Part shown: in pieces, positions 58,373 to 64,000 of the stretch
Numbering within the stretch: the stretch's first letter is position 1
Layout of the letters: each line of letters starts with the position of its first letter
From: an uncultured Thermoleophilia bacterium
GTDB lineage: Bacteria; Actinomycetota; Thermoleophilia; UBA2241
Assembly: GCA_963702475.1 (NCBI GenBank)
Contig: CAVPCT010000003.1
Span: forward strand, 544,001 to 608,000
Reading direction: 5' to 3'
DNA length: 64,000 nucleotides
Position numbers and translations under genes: made by a program
Notes under the pieces: model-generated
The model's database searches: none
Seen by the model: only the letters and a program-made list of their open reading frames with translations
What the model was told of the DNA's origin: nothing

Positions 58373-59857
58373 GTGGTGGTGGCCGCTGAGGCGGAACGTC
58401 GTCTGGTCATCGCCGCCAACCGCGGCCCGGTCTCGTTCCACAGCGACCCGTCCGGTGAGCCTGTCGTCACGCGCGGACCCGGCGGCCTCGTCACCGTGCT
58501 CACGGAGCTGCTGCGCACGCACCCCGGCACCTGGGTGGCCACGGCGCTGGGCGACGAGGAGGAGCGCCTCGCCGACCAGCGCCGCGCCGTGGACGTACGG
58601 CTCGAGGGCGACGCATACCGCGTGCGGTACGTCGCCGTGGAGCGGGACGTCTACCACAAGTACTACAACATCGTCGCCAACCCGATGTTGTGGTTCATCC
58701 AGCATTACCTGTGGGACCTCGGGCGGCACCCCGACATCTCGCCGAACGAGGTCGACGCGTTCTGGAACGGGTACATGCCGGTGCAGCGCCTCTTCGCGGC
58801 GGCAGTGAGCGACGAGCTCAGGGCCGGTGGTCCGGGCGAGCCGCTGGCCATGCTGCACGACTACCACCTGTACGGCGTGGCGCCGCTGGTGCGCGAAGCG
58901 GTGCCCGGCGCCTTCTTGCACCAGTTCGTGCACATCCCGTGGGCGCAGAGCGACGCCTGGCTGGTGCTGCCGGAGGCGATCAGGAACGCCGTGTTCACCG
59001 GCCTGCTCGGCAACGACGTCGTGGCCTTCCATACGCATCACTACGCCGTGAACTTCCTGCAGGGCTGCCGCGACCTGCTCGACCTGCAGGTGGACGAGCG
59101 CGCGCTGGTGGTCGACACGGGGCGCCGCCGCGTGTGGGTGCGGGCGTATCCTGTCTCCATCGATCCCGGGCAGCTGGTACGGGCCGCCGCCGCGCGCCGT
59201 GTCGCGGCGGCCGAAGCGGCTCTGCTGGCGCGCCGCCGCGAGTTCCTCGTGCTGCGCGTCGACCGTCTCGACCTCAGCAAGAACATCATCCGCGGCTTTG
59301 TCGCCTTCGACCGCTTCCTCGACCTCCACCCGGAGTTCAAGGACCGCATCACCTTCCTGGCCCTGCTGCAGCCCTCTCGCGAGGACGTGGAGGAGTACGT
59401 GGTCTACCGCGAGCGGGTGGTGCGCACGGTGGAGCAGATCAACACCAAGCACGGCAACACCGACTGGATGCCCATCGACCTGCGCGTCGAGGACAACTTT
59501 CCCCAGACCTTGGCTGCCTACAAGCACTACGACGCGCTGGTGGTGAACGCCATCTTCGACGGCATGAACCTGGTCGCCAAGGAGGGTCCCGTCGTCAACA
59601 CGCGGGACGGGGTGCTCATCCTCAGCGAGAACACCGGCGCGTTCGAGGAGCTCGGCATGTTCGCCGTGGGCGTGAACCCCTTCGACATCGAGCAGCAGGC
59701 CGAAGCCATCCACCAGGCGCTCACGATGGGCGCGGACGAGCGACGCACGCGCGCCGAGGCGCTGCGCAGCGTGGTCGACACGAACACCATCGAGAAGTGG
59801 GTGGCCACGCAGTTCGACGACATCGCCGCCAAGCGCGCCGAGGACCCCCCGGCGTAG
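58373..59857 (+). CDS. otsA: Trehalose-6-phosphate synthase (GT20)
   Basis: ANRGP, GGLV, HDYHL, HIPW, DRLDLSK, DGMNLVAKE, LSENTGA. Confidence 0.88.
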   Translation: MVVAAEAERRLVIAANRGPVSFHSDPSGEPVVTRGPGGLVTVLTELLRTHPGTWVATALGDEEERLADQRRAVDVRLEGDAYRVRYVAVERDVYHKYYNIVANPMLWFIQHYLWDLGRHPDISPNEVDAFWNGYMPVQRLFAAAVSDELRAGGPGEPLAMLHDYHLYGVAPLVREAVPGAFLHQFVHIPWAQSDAWLVLPEAIRNAVFTGLLGNDVVAFHTHHYAVNFLQGCRDLLDLQVDERALVVDTGRRRVWVRAYPVSIDPGQLVRAAAARRVAAAEAALLARRREFLVLRVDRLDLSKNIIRGFVAFDRFLDLHPEFKDRITFLALLQPSREDVEEYVVYRERVVRTVEQINTKHGNTDWMPIDLRVEDNFPQTLAAYKHYDALVVNAIFDGMNLVAKEGPVVNTRDGVLILSENTGAFEELGMFAVGVNPFDIEQQAEAIHQALTMGADERRTRAEALRSVVDTNTIEKWVATQFDDIAAKRAEDPPA

Positions 59858-59992
59858 CAGCATCGCGGGCCGCCGCGCCGACCGCCGATCTCCTGACCGG
59901 GCGTCAGGGCGCTCGTGAGACCGGGCTGAGGCTTCACCCTCTCGTTGACCGAAGTCAGGGCGCCGCCACGACGGCCGGCGTTCCGTGGCGTC

Positions 59993-60243
59993 ATGGTCAT
60001 CGAGATCATGGGCATCACGGCGAGAAGACGGCCGCGCTCGAAGCGCGTGCGCGAGGCGCTCGCGACCTCCGCTGCCGGACGACGTCGTCGTGCGTCGCGT
60101 CGCCGACCCTGCCGCGATCATCGCCCGCGGTGCACGCCGCTGGCCGGCGCTGCGGGTGGACGGCCGGGTGCTGTGCGCCGGCGGGTCACGCCGGCTCGGC
60201 GGCCGAGATCCGCGCCTGGCTGAGCGCGGCGCAGGAGCTGTAG
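59993..60243 (+). pseudogene. Small thioredoxin-fold (MTH895-like) protein lacking CxxC, frameshifted
   Basis: Fragments across frames: MVIEIMG / EKTAALEAR / VVRRVADPAAIIARG..WPALRVDGRVL / AEIRAWL*. Confidence 0.5.
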
Positions 60244-60303
60244 CCCCGCCGGCAGTCTCAGGCCACAGAGTCGTGGCTCACATCATCGCGCGGGCCTCCG
60301 CCG

Positions 60304-61020
60304 TCAGCTCGGATAGATGTGCGGGTAGGAGACGAACAGGACGACGCAGTAGATGAGCAGCACCCCGGCCACCCCGTTCACGCTCCACCGCACGCCCCTG
60401 ACCTTGAAGCGCTGCCCGATGGCGATGAGGAACAGCGCCGCCGCGAGGACCACCGTGACGCGCACGTAGTCCTCCCCGATGAGGCGGGTCTCCACGCCCG
60501 AGGTCGAAGGCGTGCGTAGCCTCCTTGGTGAGTTCCGCCGCCTTCTCGACCAAGGGGTCTTCGTAACTCGGGCATGTACGCGGGCCCGGCAGGGGCGTCG
60601 GGGTCTGTTCAGAGGGTCGGTCTCGACCCAAGCGTCGAAGGCCTGCTTGTAATTGGGGAGGAAGCGCCGCTCCAGGAGTCGGCGAGCTGGCTGTCGTCCT
60701 TGGCCTCGCAGGCCTCGAAGCCACGCGGTCAAGTTGCCGGCGTTGTAGGCCAGCTGCTGGTTGGCGGTGAGCGAAGTGTTGCTCGCCTCGACGCGCAGCC
60801 GCGACGAGGTGGCGTACTCCTTGGCGCTCTCACCGTCGAAGAGCGCCGCCTGGTATCCGCTGAGGGCGGTGGCGAGGGCGACGATCACCGAGGAGGATGG
60901 CCTCGAGGATCTCGATGGTCTCGATGCGTCGCTTGCTCGGCTGTGGCTCTCAGGCCCTCGTGCTCGCCGTGTCTCGCGCAGCTTCTCCGCGACCTCGGCG
61001 TTGATGTTGCCCTCGGGCAT
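60304..61020 (-). CDS. Hypothetical membrane protein with internal compensating frameshifts
   Basis: TM segments (VIVALATALSGYQAA; VVLAAALFLIAIG) with Arg/Pro-rich stretches where the sensible sequence lies in another frame (YEDPLVEKAAELTKEA). Confidence 0.6.
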   Translation of the reverse strand: MPEGNINAEVAEKLRETRRARGPESHSRASDASRPSRSSRPSSSVIVALATALSGYQAALFDGESAKEYATSSRLRVEASNTSLTANQQLAYNAGNLTAWLRGLRGQGRQPARRLLERRFLPNYKQAFDAWVETDPLNRPRRPCRARVHARVTKTPWSRRRRNSPRRLRTPSTSGVETRLIGEDYVRVTVVLAAALFLIAIGQRFKVRGVRWSVNGVAGVLLIYCVVLFVSYPHIYPS

Positions 61021-61125
61021 TGCACGCTCCTCCCGGCGGTGGCGATTCGGGTGAGATGCTACAGCAGCGCCGACCGGGTGGTCATCCCGGGCCCCCGCGC
61101 CGCAGGGGACGGACGGGGCGCAGCC

Positions 61126-62226
61126 TCACCCGCGCGCCAGCCGCGCCGCGGCCAGCTCGACGTACTCCGCGGCCAGGTCGACGCCGAGTGCCCGCCGCCC
61201 GAGGTGGCAGGCGACGACGAGGGCCGTGCCGGTGCCGCAGAACGGGTCGAGGACGACGCCGCCGGGCGGGCAGGTGGCGAGGACTGGGATACGGCACAGG
61301 TCGGCAGGAAACGGCGCGAAGTGGCCGGTCGCGGCCCTGGGTGTCCTCCGGCAGGATGTCCCACACGTCGCCGGGCTTGGCGCCGCCGGGATGGTACCGC
61401 AGCAGGCAGAAGCCGCGGTCATGCAACTCGCGGGCGCGGCCCGATACGGCCGTGACGTCGGAGTGCGTCGCGCGCTGCGCCCCGCGAAGCACCATGCGGA
61501 AGTCGGCCAGGCGGCCCTCGCGGACGTCGTCCAGGGCCGCCTCGATGGCCGCCTGGGCGGCCCGCTTCTCCTCGTCCGTGAGCGCCGTGGACAGCTCGAT
61601 CTGCCGTCGGTAGCGGACGCCGCGCACGCCGGTGGCCGAGACCACGGCGCCGTTTTCGACGCGCGCCCGCACGCGGCGTCGAGCGCACGGCATCGGCGTC
61701 GTAGTAGTAGTTCTTCGGCTGCATGACGAAGTGGAACAGCAGCTCGTGGACGTTCCGCAGGCGGTCGCGGCTGGTGTCGGGCCCGCCCTTGACCTTGTGC
61801 CAGACCACGCTGTTGCGCAGGGTCCAGCCCTGGTCGTCGGCGAGGCGGAAGGCCACGCGCCAGGGCATGCCGAGCTGGCGCTTGCCGCGGTACGTGTCAC
61901 CGAGGTTGAGCCAGAAGGAGCCGGACGGGTTGAGGACCCGGCGCAGCTCTGCTGCCATCGCGGCGAGCCCGTCCACGTAGTCCTGCCAGCGAGGTTCGGC
62001 GCCCAACCCGCCGCCGGCGTAGCGGCGGTGCCCGTAGTAGGGCGGGCTGGTCAGGCAGCAGTCTACGCAAGCGGAAGGGAGCTCGCGAAGGACGGCGAGC
62101 GCGTCGCCGCGCACGAGCAGCGCGCCGGGAGCTGTGGCCTGCAAAGTGGGCGGCGACGCGGACCGCCAGGTCCGGCGCGTCGCCGTCCAGCAGCTCCACC
62201 CCGGGGGCCGGCGCGCCCGGGCTCAC
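61126..62226 (-). CDS. Site-specific DNA amino-methyltransferase (beta class, SPPY, probably N4C); frameshifts near 62140, 61680 and 61330
   Basis: GDAL, TSPPYY, GSFWLNLGD, WHK, DVWDI, HFAPFP, VLDPFCGTGT across frames. Confidence 0.8.
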
Positions 62227-63245
62227 CCCAGGACGCGCCGGTAGATCGCCTCGTAGTCGGCGACCATGCGCTGCACCGTGAAGCGCTCCTCCACGGTGCG
62301 GCGGCAGACGGCCGGGTCGATCTGCCCGACCCGGCCCACCGCCGCCACGAAGCTCTCGAGATCGTCCACCACGAACCCGGTGACGCCGTCGTCGACGACC
62401 TCGGGCACGGAGCCCTGGCGCATGGCCACGACCGGCGTGCCGCAGGCCATGGCCTCGATCATCACCAGCCCGAACGGCTCCGGCCAGGTGATGGGGAAGA
62501 GGAACGCGTGCGCGTGCGCGAACAGCTCGCGTTTACGCTCGTCGGAGACCTCGCCCTCGTACACGATCTGCTCCCCGTCGATGAGCGGCGCGACCTGTGT
62601 CTCGAAATACTCCCGGTACTGGTCTTGCAGCACGCCGGCCATGATGAGCCGGCGCCCCAGCCGTTTCGCCGCTGCGATGCTGTGGTGGAACCCTTTGGCC
62701 TCGCACACCCGGCCGAAGGCCAGCAGGTAGTCGTCCTTCTCGGGGGTGTACGGCCACTGCTCCACGGCGATGGCGTTGTAGGCCAGGCCGGCCCAGCGCA
62801 TACCGGGCGGCCCCATGGTGCGCTGGTACTCGCTGATGCCGACGTAGGCCACCTCGGTCTTGAACTGTTCGTAGAATCCGTATGCGGTCGTGTCGAAGGC
62901 GCAGTGCACCGTGTGCACCACGGGGGGCGCGAGGTAGCGGCTGAAGGCGATGCCGAGGAAGCCCGAGTGGTCGTGGACGATGTCGAACGGCTGCTGTTCG
63001 ATGTCGCCGAAGGCGAACGAGACGTGACGGGCGTCGAAGGCGGTCTGGCCCATGACCTCGGGCATCTGGCGGGGGAACAGGGCGCACAGCTCCGCGGCCG
63101 TGTGTGAGTCGCCGGTGGCGTACAGCACGACGTCGTGTCCGCCGGCGGTGAGGCCGTCGCAGAGTTGCTGGACGACCCACTCCGTGCCGCCGTAGCCGGC
63201 AGGCGGGACGGCGATCCAGGGGGGTGCGAGCTGGGCGATGCGCAT
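62223..63245 (-). CDS. GT4 family glycosyltransferase
   Basis: VPPAGYGGTE, GRVCEAKG, EPFGLVMIEAMACGTP. Confidence 0.92.
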   Translation of the reverse strand: MRIAQLAPPWIAVPPAGYGGTEWVVQQLCDGLTAGGHDVVLYATGDSHTAAELCALFPRQMPEVMGQTAFDARHVSFAFGDIEQQPFDIVHDHSGFLGIAFSRYLAPPVVHTVHCAFDTTAYGFYEQFKTEVAYVGISEYQRTMGPPGMRWAGLAYNAIAVEQWPYTPEKDDYLLAFGRVCEAKGFHHSIAAAKRLGRRLIMAGVLQDQYREYFETQVAPLIDGEQIVYEGEVSDERKRELFAHAHAFLFPITWPEPFGLVMIEAMACGTPVVAMRQGSVPEVVDDGVTGFVVDDLESFVAAVGRVGQIDPAVCRRTVEERFTVQRMVADYEAIYRRVLG

Positions 63246-63334
63246 GGCGGCATTCTACAGGAGGAGCGCCCGTGTGCCGATGACGGCGGCGGAGGGGTGT
63301 CCGGACTGCGACGGCGGAGGGTAGAGTGTCGGCG

Positions 63335-64000
63335 ATGATCCTGTACCTTGACTGTGCGAGCGGTATCAGCGGGGACATGCTGGCGGCGGCGCTCCTGGCG
63401 CTGCTCGGGGCGCGCCCCGACGACCCCGCGCCCCTCGACGACGTGGTGCGCCCGGCGCTGGCCGCGGCCGGCGTCGACCCGCGCCTCGTCTCCCTCGGAG
63501 GCGTGCGGCGCGGCGGGCTGGCGGCGCTCGCCTTCAAGGTGTCCCACGAGCCCGGCTTCGCCACCTTCGACGAGCTCATCCTGTCGGTGTACGCGTCAGA
63601 CCTCGACCAGGACGTCGCCGATGCTGTCGCGGCCATGGCCGAGCGCATGGCCGCCGCCGAGGCCGAGGTGCACGGCCGCGACGAGGAGCACCTGCACGAG
63701 CTCAGCGACGTGGACACGGCCGTGGACCTCATCGCCGCGGCCGTGCTGCTCAAGACGCTGGCGCCGGAGCGCATCGTGGCGTCGCCGCCGGCGCTGGGCT
63801 CCGGCTTCGTCGACACGGCGCACGGCCGGCTGAGCGTGCCGGCTCCGGCCGTGCTCTCGCTGCTCGCCGGGCTGCCGACCGCCGGCGAGGCCCCGCTACC
63901 CGGCGGCGAACCGTCGGGCGAGCTCACCACGCCCACCGGCGCCGCTCTGCTCGCCCACTATGCGGCCGAGTTCGGCGGCATGCCGGCCGGCCGCATCGAG
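63335..64000 (+). CDS. larC: LarC-family nickel insertion protein (3'-truncated by window)
   Basis: MILYLDCASGISGDML, AEAEVHG...HLHE, TAHGRLSVPAPA, GELTTPTGAA. Confidence 0.88.
   Translation, partial: MILYLDCASGISGDMLAAALLALLGARPDDPAPLDDVVRPALAAAGVDPRLVSLGGVRRGGLAALAFKVSHEPGFATFDELILSVYASDLDQDVADAVAAMAERMAAAEAEVHGRDEEHLHELSDVDTAVDLIAAAVLLKTLAPERIVASPPALGSGFVDTAHGRLSVPAPAVLSLLAGLPTAGEAPLPGGEPSGELTTPTGAALLAHYAAEFGGMPAGRIE

Noticed and set aside
57068-60121. Very long antisense ORFs (1017 aa here; also 38356-41097, 29011-31623, 53001-55484)
   Set aside because: Shadow frames of GC-rich genes with no recognisable motifs; the opposite strand encodes clear proteins.

Overview
High-GC bacterial chromosome segment; gene content and style suggest a deep-branching Actinomycetota such as Thermoleophilia (inference). 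It opens with housekeeping genes (clpC, radA, carD, PIN/TRAM, ispD, ispF). A ~39 kb molybdoenzyme/polyphenol region follows (6.5-45.4 kb) with four parts: (i) tatA divergent from a Tat-exported NarG/PcrA-clade (Asp-ligated) molybdoenzyme operon with Fe-S and NrfD subunits, a small Tat/Cys-His protein and an Rrf2 regulator; (ii) mobB-modCBA-mobAB, with a Moco riboswitch in the modA leader; (iii) three paralogous pyrogallol-phloroglucinol transhydroxylase-like large subunits (one canonical, one divergent, one with an SCP2-like N-terminal fusion) and two small subunits; (iv) a candidate complete phloroglucinol lower pathway (SDRs, cyclase, 3-hydroxyacyl-CoA dehydrogenase family, BKACE, cupin), a Liv-type ABC transporter with two Tat lipoprotein binding proteins and four IclR regulators. 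Eight promoters in this region share a tandem TCCG-N5-CGGA operator. The rest holds ygfA, a V4R-GGDEF protein, rlmH, argS, BlaI, two peptidases, tRNA-Gly(CCC), DtxR-feoB, IrrE-like, treT/otsA, an orphan DNA methyltransferase, a GT4 and partial larC. Several single-base frameshifts in short homopolymers look like long-read errors. All family assignments come from motif recognition and recall; no database searches were run.
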